DNA of 64,000 bases from an uncultured Candidatus Saccharibacteria bacterium (GCA_964436255.1 CAYTBW010000005.1:6374-70373); one strand, 5' to 3'; positions 29,739 through 37,707 are shown, numbered from the stretch's first letter. Notes: generated by a model not told the origin, from the letters alone. Numbers and translations are program-made.

Positions 29739-30002
29739 TCAGGCTTCATCACGCCAGCTTCCTGGCTCACCTAGCGGTGTTCTGCCCTCAGCCTGATCGC
29801 GTTTGGCCTTGTACTCCGCGGCACCATCGAGCCCTGCCTTGGTCAGGGCATCACCGAAGTCGTATCGGCTTGGTGGTACGCGTCCTTCACGAACGGCCCT
29901 GGTCTTTGCTCTGGCTCGCTCGATCTTGCCGGGAGCCGAGCAGATCAGATCCCACCACGCTTGCGTAAAGTTCGGGTCTTTGCCTGGGTATGGCTGTGTC
30001 AT
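29739..30002 (-). CDS. Hypothetical protein (87 aa, high GC)
   Basis: MTQPYPGKDPNF...; ATGA coupling with the upstream ORF; GAGG SD. Confidence 0.55.
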   Translation of the reverse strand: MTQPYPGKDPNFTQAWWDLICSAPGKIERARAKTRAVREGRVPPSRYDFGDALTKAGLDGAAEYKAKRDQAEGRTPLGEPGSWRDEA

Positions 30003-30139
30003 CGGTGCCTCGTTGCACTTGGGTTCATGACCGCATCCCATCCGTGGACCAGGGCCCACCCGGCTGCCTTGACCGAGGTGATGCCGATGGCAGCACCCAG
30101 GCCAATTGCTCCGACGCACTTCAGTCCGTTGCGGATCAT
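29999..30139 (-). CDS. Small hydrophobic protein (46 aa)
   Basis: MIRNGLKCVGAIGLGAAIGIT...; SD GAGGAGG; ATGA overlaps at both ends. Confidence 0.55.
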   Translation of the reverse strand: MIRNGLKCVGAIGLGAAIGITSVKAAGWALVHGWDAVMNPSATRHR

Positions 30140-30360
30140 CGGTTCCTCCTCAGCGGACGAGTGATGAGCCACGTCAGGCCGACCGGGGTGAGCACGAAGG
30201 CAGCCCCGAGCACCTGGTCCAGGAAGTGAGGCCCTCCCTGGTACTTGACCTCCTTTGGCCGTGCCGCTTCGGCGTGCTTGCGCTTGCTCGCCAGCGCCAA
30301 GCTGACTGCGCCCGCTGCGGCCGTGAGACCGAGCGAGACTGCCGTTCCAACTGCTTTCAA
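30136..30360 (-). CDS. Small two-TM protein
   Basis: TTG start after AGGGGG; two hydrophobic segments; first gene of the coupled three-gene unit. Confidence 0.5.
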   Translation of the reverse strand: MKAVGTAVSLGLTAAAGAVSLALASKRKHAEAARPKEVKYQGGPHFLDQVLGAAFVLTPVGLTWLITRPLRRNR

Positions 30361-30530
30361 CGTTCCCCCTAGTGGTTCTTGCTCGTGCGCGGATCGCACT
30401 ATGCATGGAGGGTATTATTAAATGAACACGCAAATATCTCAAGCTTAAGTATAAAGTAAACGAAAAAACGACCTAGATATTTCTAAGTCGTTCTGGGGTG
30501 GGCCCTGCGCCACACCCCGCCGCCTGCCGG

Positions 30531-30758
30531 CTAGTGGCCGCAAGCGATGACGCCGTTGGCGTACTGGATGCAGGTCACGACCGTGTCGTGGTGTTGGCTT
30601 CGCTTTACGGCCTCTTTGATGAGGGCCACCACGAGTGTGCCAAGCCAGATGCCGATGATCATGCCGCCGATGCGAGCGAGGCTGATCTCGCCAGACTCTC
30701 CAGCTCGGGTACGACTAGCAGGTGACTTCGCGCCTTGATAGTGCGAAAAAGCTTTCAT
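30531..30758 (-). CDS. Small single-TM protein (75 aa)
   Basis: MKAFSHYQ...GEISLARIGGMIIGIWLGTLVVALIK; SD AAGGAGAGG. Confidence 0.55.
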   Translation of the reverse strand: MKAFSHYQGAKSPASRTRAGESGEISLARIGGMIIGIWLGTLVVALIKEAVKRSQHHDTVVTCIQYANGVIACGH

Positions 30759-30787
30759 CTCATACCTCTCCTTAGTGAGCGGGCGAA

Positions 30788-30973
30788 TTATCCGTTGATG
30801 AAGTTGATGACGCCGATCGTCACGAACACGGCGAAGGCCAGGAAGAAGATCGCCGTGTAGATGTTGCTGACCTCTACTTCTTCCGGGTGGCCCTTTTTGC
30901 TCTTTCTCCGGAACTCGTACATCCAACCGAACCGGGCCGGGTACTTATAGGTACCCCATTTTGCTTTGGCCAT
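30788..30973 (-). CDS. Small protein with a C-terminal TM (61 aa)
   Basis: SD GAGGAGG; upstream TTGTAA-17-TATAAA promoter. Confidence 0.6.
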   Translation of the reverse strand: MAKAKWGTYKYPARFGWMYEFRRKSKKGHPEEVEVSNIYTAIFFLAFAVFVTIGVINFING

Positions 30974-31088
30974 TCAGGCCTCCTCAGTGTTTGGGGCGCC
31001 ATAGGCACCATGTGCAGGAACTTGTGTATTTATAGCATGAAATTAAGATGATTACAAGGGCTAGTATGTTATCTCTACGAGACTTTAA

Positions 31089-31151
31089 TTATCACCTAAA
31101 CTCACAATGCTGGATTATGAACTTGGGTAATGCCAGGTCTCGACTGGCAAC
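31089..31151. repeat. Module scaffold repeat R2, copy 1
   Basis: TTATCACCTAAACTCACAAT..GATTATGAACTT.GGTAATGCCAG..CTGGCAAC, also at 33365-33431. Confidence 0.85.
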
Positions 31152-31181
31152 GCTGCACATTGATGCGTGCAGGACATGGGT

Positions 31182-31619
31182 TCAGCTATCAGCCGAAGTC
31201 GATTCCTCGTCAGAGGTCTTTCCTCCGGTCTTCTTCATCTCCAGTAGGGTCCTAAAGATCATGTAGCCGACGAAGAGAATCGCGATGAAGATCATGCGGA
31301 GCAGTACGACTGCTTCGTGCATGTCCTTTACCTCGACCGGTGGTGGTGCCGGTGTCACCGGCTGCAGCCAAGAGGAGCTGCTCGCAGGCGGGCAGGGCTT
31401 CCACTGTTCGGTGCCGGGCACCGGCCCTCGTGGGTCACCTGGTAGCTCGGTCGGGACTAGGGCCTTGGGCACGCATTCTGACTTGGTTGGCGGCGCGGTC
31501 GTCGTGAAGGCCTGTGTCGTTGTTGTCGACGGGGAGCCTTCGCTTGACGCCGCAGAAGCGGGTGAGCCGATCGATGCTCCGAAGAGAATGATCAGCATTA
31601 GAATCAAGATACGCCTCAC
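31182..31619 (-). CDS. Secreted/membrane Pro-Thr-rich protein (145 aa)
   Basis: Signal peptide ending ASA, P/T-rich linker, C-terminal TM; SD TAAGGAGG. Confidence 0.65.
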   Translation of the reverse strand: MRRILILMLIILFGASIGSPASAASSEGSPSTTTTQAFTTTAPPTKSECVPKALVPTELPGDPRGPVPGTEQWKPCPPASSSSWLQPVTPAPPPVEVKDMHEAVVLLRMIFIAILFVGYMIFRTLLEMKKTGGKTSDEESTSADS

Positions 31620-31685
31620 GGCGCCTCCTTAGGGTAGGGATGGGACAAGCTTGAAGAAGCTAGCACCCGAACGTTAGAACTAGAC

Positions 31686-31716
31686 TATAATAGCATAAGT
31701 GTAATAAAAAGTCAAT
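31686..31716 (-). promoter_or_regulatory. Sigma70 promoter TTGACT-17-TATTAT, near-identical to 40940-40970
   Basis: 31-bp match with one mismatch. Confidence 0.8.
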
Positions 31717-31743
31717 GGTACATCACGTGATTGAGATTTGGAA
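31716..31743. repeat. att-like stub R4, copy 1
   Basis: TGGTACATCACGTGATTGAGATTTGGAA vs 33336-33363 (2 mismatches); begins with TGGTAC like the tRNA-Arg 3' end. Confidence 0.8.
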
Positions 31744-31861
31744 ATCTTACGAGCTCAGTTCGGCTCGTTATACGAAATGAGCCCCACGTTGCCGTGGGGC
31801 TCGAGATCAGCTTGCCCTGCTTGGTGTATCGAGGATCTCATTCACGATACGCAGTTGTTGC

Positions 31862-32482
31862 TCAGGCCTGAGCCTGCTCCTTGTCCTCGACCTGCACCAC
31901 CACGAGGGGCGGGCAGGCCTTGTTCCACCAGGCACTGAAGCGGAACTGCCGCTTCTTGTAGAGGACCCCGATGATCCAGCAGGCTCCGATGATCACCGCT
32001 ATCCCGAGGAAGTACGGCCAGGCGGCCTGCAAGAAGTTGCCGATCGCAAGGAAGGCTTCCCACAGCATGCCGTTGGAAAGCCCGGCCACGATGACGCCAA
32101 CGCCGACGAAGGGGAGTACGTAGTACCAGGGGTTGTGCTTCCGGTACTCGCCCGTGCGCGGGCTGTAGCCCTTCGGAAGGAGCATCTTGTCCGTCGGGAT
32201 GTGTGACGGCAGCTTGTCTTTCTTCTTCGTTGTCTCGGGGGTAGGTGTGTAGCCGAGGAACCATGCGATTGGCACGACCAGGATCCAGAAGAGGAGCATG
32301 ATGATGCCAAGGATCACTGACCCGATGGCCGAAGCCGGAATCATGATCCAGTAGAACTTGCAGGCCTTCGCTCCTTCGATCTTCTCGGGATCCTCCCAGA
32401 AGAAGTTGACGAACCGGTAGCGCCTGCTGTCGGTGGGGATGGTCGAGAGCCGCGTCTTGAGCTTGCTGATGGGGTGGGGCAC
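31862..32482 (-). CDS. Multi-pass membrane protein (206 aa, high GC)
   Basis: Three to four TM segments; SD AGAAAGG. Confidence 0.65.
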   Translation of the reverse strand: MPHPISKLKTRLSTIPTDSRRYRFVNFFWEDPEKIEGAKACKFYWIMIPASAIGSVILGIIMLLFWILVVPIAWFLGYTPTPETTKKKDKLPSHIPTDKMLLPKGYSPRTGEYRKHNPWYYVLPFVGVGVIVAGLSNGMLWEAFLAIGNFLQAAWPYFLGIAVIIGACWIIGVLYKKRQFRFSAWWNKACPPLVVVQVEDKEQAQA

Positions 32483-32535
32483 GATGCCGCCTTTCTTGGG
32501 TGCGTAGCTACCACGGGTTGTGGCGGCATGAACAA

Positions 32536-32585
32536 CGCATATAATACCACGAAACCTTTACAAAAGCAATAGATTATGGTAATAT
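32536..32585. promoter_or_regulatory. Overlapping bidirectional sigma70 promoter, copy 1
   Basis: Minus: TTGCTT-17-TATTAT; plus: TTTACA-17-TAATAT; 36-bp core repeated at 33803-33838. Confidence 0.8.
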
Positions 32586-32635
32586 GTACCCCTGCTCTCA
32601 ACCGAAGCAGTTGAACATCACAGGAAGGGGCTACA

Positions 32636-33067
32636 ATGCCCGACGTGGAAGTGGATTATCCCGAAGGCATGCTCGACGACATCACCAACCGTCTCCGCTT
32701 CAAGCGGGACGTCAAGGGGGTGGTCGCGCGTGGCATGGACTGCATCAAGCCGCCCGAGGAAGGTGAGCCGGAGGTCATGACGCGGTACGCCGCCGATCCC
32801 GACGGCAACGTCGGCCTGCTGCTCCGTCCGTACAAGCCCGAGGACGGCAGCGACATCTGGACCCCCATCCAGGTCCGGATCAGCACCTACGCATGGCCCG
32901 ATCGCATGGCCAACCTCGATGACCGCATCTGGGACATCACCCAGGACGTGCGGCGCCTCCTCAACGTCGAGGTCGAGGAGTTCCTGGAGCGCATGTTCCC
33001 CGGCAAGACCAAGCTGGTGGCCGTTCGCTTCGACCCCAAGTTCCCCGGAGCCTGGGCCGAGGCCTGA
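32636..33067 (+). CDS. Possible tautomerase/MIF-superfamily protein
   Basis: Met-Pro start (Pro1), duplicated beta-alpha-beta pattern, C-terminal Trp; very GC-rich. Confidence 0.55.
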   Translation: MPDVEVDYPEGMLDDITNRLRFKRDVKGVVARGMDCIKPPEEGEPEVMTRYAADPDGNVGLLLRPYKPEDGSDIWTPIQVRISTYAWPDRMANLDDRIWDITQDVRRLLNVEVEEFLERMFPGKTKLVAVRFDPKFPGAWAEA

Positions 33068-33086
33068 TGCTTCAAGGCCAACAAGA

Positions 33087-33166
33087 GGCGGGGTGTCTCT
33101 GGAGCCAAGAGGCTCACACCCCAAGCGCGGTTTGCACAGAAATGTGCGAGCCGCATTTTCATTTGT
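33087..33166 (+). repeat. 80-bp double-hairpin scaffold repeat R1, copy 1
   Basis: GGGGTGT..GAGCC-AAGA-GGCTC-ACACCCC, then GCGG..GCACA-GAAA-TGTGC..CCGC and a T-rich tail; 75/80 identical to 34307-34386. Confidence 0.9.
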
Positions 33167-33270
33167 ACCCATTAATCCCAGGAGGGTAGGTTGCTAGCGC
33201 AACCTCCGTGGCGTGCTTGGTCAAAGCGCAAGCGAACTTGCTTTTGACGCTGCGCGCGCCACTCCACCGA

Positions 33271-33341
33271 ACCTGCGGTTCTCATCCGCCCTAAATACAA
33301 AAGCCTGCTGACTACTAATGTAATCATCAGACTTTTGGTAC
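33271..33341. repeat. Scaffold repeat R3, copy 1 (duplicate of the tRNA-Arg 3' end and its terminator)
   Basis: 68/71 identical to 34398-34468. Confidence 0.9.
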
Positions 33342-33431
33342 ACCACGTAATTGAGATTTGGAACTTATCACCTAAACTCACAATACTTTGATTATGAACT
33401 TAGGTAATGCCAGTTTTGTGGGTCTGGCAAC
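33336..33431. repeat. R4 copy 2 followed by R2 copy 2
   Basis: Matches 31716-31743 and 31089-31151 respectively. Confidence 0.85.
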
Positions 33432-33438
33432 CATTTGC

Positions 33439-33750
33439 TCAGGCGTGCGAGCGCCTGGTTGGCTTTACTTTGTCAGCGACGCCGTCTGGTCCGTAGAAGA
33501 CCAGCTTACGAAGCCGGGGATGGAAGGTGAAGTTCTCGGCCTCCAGGAACTGCTCGAGAAGTTCGCGGGACATGCCCCGGACGACCAGCTCCTCCGTTCC
33601 TCCGTACATCAGCGCCCACGTCACCTGCATGAACTCAGGTGGCCTGAAGTCGACCACGAGCTTCCAGGGGTAGGTGTCGTCATCGGGCTCGTTGAACTGC
33701 CCGGTGAGGCTGATGAGCTTGATGCCTTCAATTGCTGGGTACTCGGGCAT
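33439..33750 (-). CDS. Hypothetical protein (103 aa, high GC)
   Basis: SD AAGGAGGG; driven by the bidirectional promoter. Confidence 0.65.
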   Translation of the reverse strand: MPEYPAIEGIKLISLTGQFNEPDDDTYPWKLVVDFRPPEFMQVTWALMYGGTEELVVRGMSRELLEQFLEAENFTFHPRLRKLVFYGPDGVADKVKPTRRSHA

Positions 33751-33802
33751 GGCAGCCCTCCTTGTTCAGGACGGGCTAGCCGTCATTACCAACATGAGAA
33801 CC

Positions 33803-33852
33803 CGCATATAATACCACTAAACCTTTACAAATGCAATACTTAGTGGTATGAT
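33803..33852. promoter_or_regulatory. Overlapping bidirectional sigma70 promoter, copy 2
   Basis: Minus: TTGCAT-17-TATTAT; plus: TTTACA-17-TATGAT. Confidence 0.8.
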
Positions 33853-33909
33853 GTGGCATCACCCAGTGGTGAAAGAATGACTTCCAGAAGCGATGAAAGG
33901 GTTCTTGAG

Positions 33910-34302
33910 ATGGTTTCAGAAGCAGCTACCTTCCTTACCTCCTCGACGGAGGTGGGCCGGATCTACGGGCAGGGGATGGACGACGAGTGCATGTTCGACA
34001 CCCTCCCTCTGTTCGGGGGTGATCACGTGATCAACGTCCGGACGCGTGGGGCTGAGGCCCAGAGCATCATGATGCCGAGGCGTACCACGCTCCTGGTGCA
34101 GCTCTTCGAGAGGCCGGACACTCTCTGGCTGGCCTCAGTAGTGCGGATCAATGGCGAATGGATGATCATGTACTCGCCGGTCTCGCTCCCAGAAGTCCTG
34201 GACGGAAGGTCTGAGGCACCCGAACTTGCCGTCGTCACAGAGCGACAGCAGGCCGAGGGGGTCACGGACGAGATGGAGCATCGACTCCGACGAGATACGT
34301 GA
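33910..34302 (+). CDS. Hypothetical protein (high GC)
   Basis: ORF open from 33853, but the -10 box at 33847-33852 favours a later ATG (33877 or 33910). Confidence 0.6.
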   Translation: MVSEAATFLTSSTEVGRIYGQGMDDECMFDTLPLFGGDHVINVRTRGAEAQSIMMPRRTTLLVQLFERPDTLWLASVVRINGEWMIMYSPVSLPEVLDGRSEAPELAVVTERQQAEGVTDEMEHRLRRDT

Positions 34303-34306
34303 GTGC

Positions 34307-34386
34307 GGCGGGGTGTCTCTGGAGCCACGAGGCTCACACCCCAATCGCGGTTTGCATAGAAATGTGCAGGCCGCATTTTCATTTGT
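34307..34386 (+). repeat. 80-bp double-hairpin scaffold repeat R1, copy 2
   Basis: Differences from copy 1 fall in loops or bulges, or keep pairing (GCACA vs GCATA against TGTGC). Confidence 0.9.
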
Positions 34387-34397
34387 GCTCAAAATAT

Positions 34398-34468
34398 ACC
34401 TACGGCTCTCATCCGCCCTAAATACAAAAGCCTGCTGACTACTAATGTAATCATCAGGCTTTTGGTAC
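34398..34468. repeat. Scaffold repeat R3, copy 2 (includes the tRNA-Arg terminator hairpin)
   Basis: AAAAGCCTG...CAGGCTTTT inverted repeat abutting the tRNA CCA end. Confidence 0.9.
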
Positions 34469-34538
34469 CCTGGGAGGGAATCGAACCCCCGACGCTCTCC
34501 TTAGGACGGAGACGCTCTATCCACTGAGCTACCAGGGC
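34463..34538 (-). tRNA. tRNA-Arg(CCT)
   Basis: GCCCTGGTAGCTCAGTGGATAGAGCG-TCTCC-GT CCT AA-GGAGA..GGGGGTTCGATTCCCTC-CCAGGGTA-CCA; 76 nt. Confidence 0.95.
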
Positions 34539-34794
34539 GTATGCTTAACTCTGCTCACTCTACAACGCCAAGGCCCTCAGTGTAAGGGCGTTCGACGCTT
34601 GTTTTCAATCCTCGGCCTACGGCCTGGGCACTGAGCTACCAGGTCGTGTGATGCTCAGTTATAAAACTAGCAGTTTCGTGACTAATCTAACAGCGTGCAG
34701 AAGTTATTATACACTAGTTATTGTCATGGGGGATTGACAGAAAAGCATAAGTGTTGTATTTTTAGGGCGTCCGCAACCTACTTAGGAGGTAGAT

Positions 34795-35484
34795 ATGGAC
34801 TGCACTAATTGCGGTGCCGCGATCCCTCCTAAGGAGGAGGAATTTGCTGGTACCTGTTATGGCTGTGGGGAATCTCTTGGCTTCCAGCCGTTCGTGAGCG
34901 AGACAGATGAAGCCCTCGATCGCCTAGAACAGCGGGTGAGGGAGGCCCGATTCCACGAGTTGGCTGGAGCCGCAGAGGTGGCCGACGACATCGAGCTTGG
35001 TGATCCTGAAGAGGGCATCGACTTCGAGGCGAATCGTCGTTCGCTGGCTGAGACTCACGAGTTTTTCGCCCCCGTACTCCCGATCTTTGGGACCGAGGAA
35101 GATGCTCGTGCCTCTGCCAGCAGGCACCCAACAGCTCGAGACGGCCAAACGCCGACAAGGGCTGTCGCCTACGAATATTATCGGGTTACCGGTAATATAA
35201 GGGGCGCGCCGACGTCGTTCTGGGTCGAGGTCTCGAGTAACGCTAAGGGTGACACCTCGGCTCGTAGCAAGTACTGCCAGTACGTCTCCGAGCAAGGGTG
35301 GAAGCTGTTCGACCGCGAAGGCCGCTTTGAGTGGCCTGAGGACCCCGCGAAGCGACACCCGGCTAAGAGGAGGTCCCTGGATGTATCAGCTTCAACCCAC
35401 GATGAACCAGACGAGTACCTGTATCGGTTGACGAGTAATTCGCCCTTGGTGTTGGGCCGTCGGGAACGGACACAAGGCACATGA
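34795..35484 (+). CDS. Hypothetical protein with an N-terminal zinc ribbon
   Basis: CxxC..CxxC; TTGACA-17-TATTTT promoter, SD TAGGAGGT, downstream hairpin. Confidence 0.7.
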   Translation: MDCTNCGAAIPPKEEEFAGTCYGCGESLGFQPFVSETDEALDRLEQRVREARFHELAGAAEVADDIELGDPEEGIDFEANRRSLAETHEFFAPVLPIFGTEEDARASASRHPTARDGQTPTRAVAYEYYRVTGNIRGAPTSFWVEVSSNAKGDTSARSKYCQYVSEQGWKLFDREGRFEWPEDPAKRHPAKRRSLDVSASTHDEPDEYLYRLTSNSPLVLGRRERTQGT

Positions 35485-35580
35485 AGGTGCCTGCCCGGTT
35501 TTCTCAAAGACGAGAAGACCGGGTTCCCTTTTACACCGAGTATTTATATCTGGCAGAATTGCAGCATAAGCTGTTACAAT

Positions 35581-36153
35581 ATGCGCATGAGTGAACATAA
35601 TCATCGCGACAAAAGAGAGCTCGCCCGTAAGCGTAAATGCAGTGTGGCGCCGGGCCACGAGGGAGAAGTAGTCATTGCCGTTGTGCGCCAATTCGTCGTT
35701 GCCTTGCGCCGCCCGATCCTCTTTATTGGCACAGTTACCGTAATAGCGATGCTGCCCTGGGCGCTGGCGAGTAATTATGCGTCTGACTTTGTCGGCATGA
35801 CCGCGGGGCTTATGTGGATCACGTTTGGCATCCTTGCCCTGTACGGCTTCTGGCGCTGGGTAGGCTGGTATTACAGCGTGTATGTATTAACCAATAAGAG
35901 CCTCACGATTATCACGCAAAAGGGCTTCTTTAACCGCAAAGTATCAGACATGGAGCTTCATAATATCCAGAGCGTTAACTACCACATCGATGGTTTTAAT
36001 GCTGCGGTTTTTGGTTATGGCAACGTGCTAGTCCAGACCCTATCTGGTTCGGGGGACATGGAGTTGAAGTTCGTCCATAAGCCGGCAGTTTTGGCCAAGC
36101 AGATTACTGATGCCGTCCACCAATACGGTTCGACACCACCTGCTGCTTCGTGA
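35581..36153 (+). CDS. Bacterial PH-domain membrane protein
   Basis: Two TMs; YVLTN..QKGFFNRKV..NIQSV..FGYGNV.VQT. Confidence 0.8.
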   Translation: MRMSEHNHRDKRELARKRKCSVAPGHEGEVVIAVVRQFVVALRRPILFIGTVTVIAMLPWALASNYASDFVGMTAGLMWITFGILALYGFWRWVGWYYSVYVLTNKSLTIITQKGFFNRKVSDMELHNIQSVNYHIDGFNAAVFGYGNVLVQTLSGSGDMELKFVHKPAVLAKQITDAVHQYGSTPPAAS

Positions 36154-36181
36154 TACTATACGGGGTAAGTATTAGTAATTT

Positions 36182-37306
36182 ATGAGGGTGAAATCACGTT
36201 ATATGGCACAAGATCCAGACATTAAGCAGAACAAGAAGCCGGCTAAGCCTGCGGCCTCATCAACTAAAAAGTCAGCTCCGAAGAAGTCTGCGGGCAAAGC
36301 AGAGGTAAAGCCTGCAGCTAAGCCAGCAGAAGAGGCCAAAAAGCCTACCGGTGCCAAGCAGCAGAGCTTCCAGGAACGACTCAATAAGCTCGGAGTCAAG
36401 AACGGACCAAGCAAGAAGACCATTGGTTTGATTGTAGGTGCTGTTGTGGCTGCGATTGTAGTTATGATGATTGTGTTTGGCGTACTGATTTACAAATACA
36501 AGCAGACGAACCGTGCTGTGCGCATCTTTGCCAGCGTGGTGCCATATCCAGTGTCGAGCGTGAATGGCAACGTAGTATGGAACACTACTAGCTACAAGGA
36601 TTATTTGTTCGAACTTGCAAGTGTAGAGAAGTTCTATAAGTCACAAGGTCAGGACTTAACTTCTGCAGATGGCAAAAAGAAGTTCGCACAACTTAAGCAA
36701 GACTTAATTAAGCAGCAGGAAGACAACATCCTCGTAGAGCAGTCTGCTAAGAAGTATAAGATTGTCGTGACCAAAAAGGACGTAGACACTGAATTCAACG
36801 AGCTGGTTAAGAATGCCGGCGGTATCGAAAAGGTCAAGACGACCCTAGACAAGCTCTATGGCTGGACGGTCGATGACTTCCGTGAAAAGGTGCGTCAGAG
36901 CATCGTGCAAAAGAAGCTCGGCGAGAAGATCGCGAGTGATCCAGCATTGAACGGCGGAGCAGAGAAGCAGGCCGAGGACATCCTCAAGCAGGTTCGCGAA
37001 GGCGGTGACTTTGCAGAGCTGGCCAAGAAGTATTCTCAGGACGGTAGTGCATCGAACGGCGGAGACCTCGGGTTCTTCGGCAAAGGTCAAATGGTGCCAG
37101 AATTCGAACAGGCAGCCTTTGCGCTCGAAAAGGATGCAGTAAGTGGTATCGTAAAGACCCAGTACGGCTACCATATCATCAAGGTCACGGATAAGAAGGA
37201 TGACCAGGTGAAGGCATCACACATCCTCATTAAGGGAACTGATGTGGAGACTTGGCTCAAGGCTCAGCGAACCAAGGCGAAGATTAAGCAGTACTTCCGA
37301 CCGTAG
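36182..37306 (+). CDS. PrsA/SurA-like peptidyl-prolyl isomerase (parvulin)
   Basis: DFAELAKKYSQD, GGDLGFF.KGQMVPEFEQAAF, KTQYGYHIIKV. Confidence 0.92.
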   Translation: MRVKSRYMAQDPDIKQNKKPAKPAASSTKKSAPKKSAGKAEVKPAAKPAEEAKKPTGAKQQSFQERLNKLGVKNGPSKKTIGLIVGAVVAAIVVMMIVFGVLIYKYKQTNRAVRIFASVVPYPVSSVNGNVVWNTTSYKDYLFELASVEKFYKSQGQDLTSADGKKKFAQLKQDLIKQQEDNILVEQSAKKYKIVVTKKDVDTEFNELVKNAGGIEKVKTTLDKLYGWTVDDFREKVRQSIVQKKLGEKIASDPALNGGAEKQAEDILKQVREGGDFAELAKKYSQDGSASNGGDLGFFGKGQMVPEFEQAAFALEKDAVSGIVKTQYGYHIIKVTDKKDDQVKASHILIKGTDVETWLKAQRTKAKIKQYFRP

Positions 37307-37323
37307 GTTTTAATCTAGCTCAT

Positions 37324-37352
37324 AAAACTCCTGGGCACACCCAGGAGTTTTT
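37324..37352. terminator. Bidirectional intrinsic terminator
   Basis: AAAACTCCTGGG-CACA-CCCAGGAGTTTTT. Confidence 0.8.
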
Positions 37353-37452
37353 AGTTATACGAAAATGATTACAAAAGGGTGCGCCGCTTCACCCGAGGGG
37401 AGTTTGTAACTCCTTCCTATGAGTGAAACGGCGGTGTGGTGGAGTAGCTGGG

Positions 37453-37707
37453 CTACTCGTTGCGCTTGTGCTGCCCGTGGGCCCGTGCGCGCTGGATGCA
37501 GTAACGCATCTCCCACTGGATCGGCCACAGCCAGTCACGACGCTTGCGCGGCTTCTGGATGTAGGGCTGATCCCAAGGTCCCAGGAGCCAGTAGATCACC
37601 CACATGACAGCAATCGCCGCCAAGATGAGGACCAACAGGCTTGTGGTGAGCGAGAGGTCCGCGTACCAATTTCCGATACCCTCGAGGGTATCTGTGAAAA
37701 CGCTCAA
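37453..37707 (-). CDS. Small single-TM protein (84 aa)
   Basis: One TM; own TTGCGA-17-TATGAT promoter; SD AGGGG. Confidence 0.55.
   Translation of the reverse strand: MSVFTDTLEGIGNWYADLSLTTSLLVLILAAIAVMWVIYWLLGPWDQPYIQKPRKRRDWLWPIQWEMRYCIQRARAHGQHKRNE

Noticed and set aside
31089-34468. CRISPR array or classical integron
   Set aside because: The repeats are long, of several kinds and separated by whole genes. There are no cas genes, no clear RYYYAAC/GTTRRRY attC ends, and the cargo genes are divergent with their own promoters.
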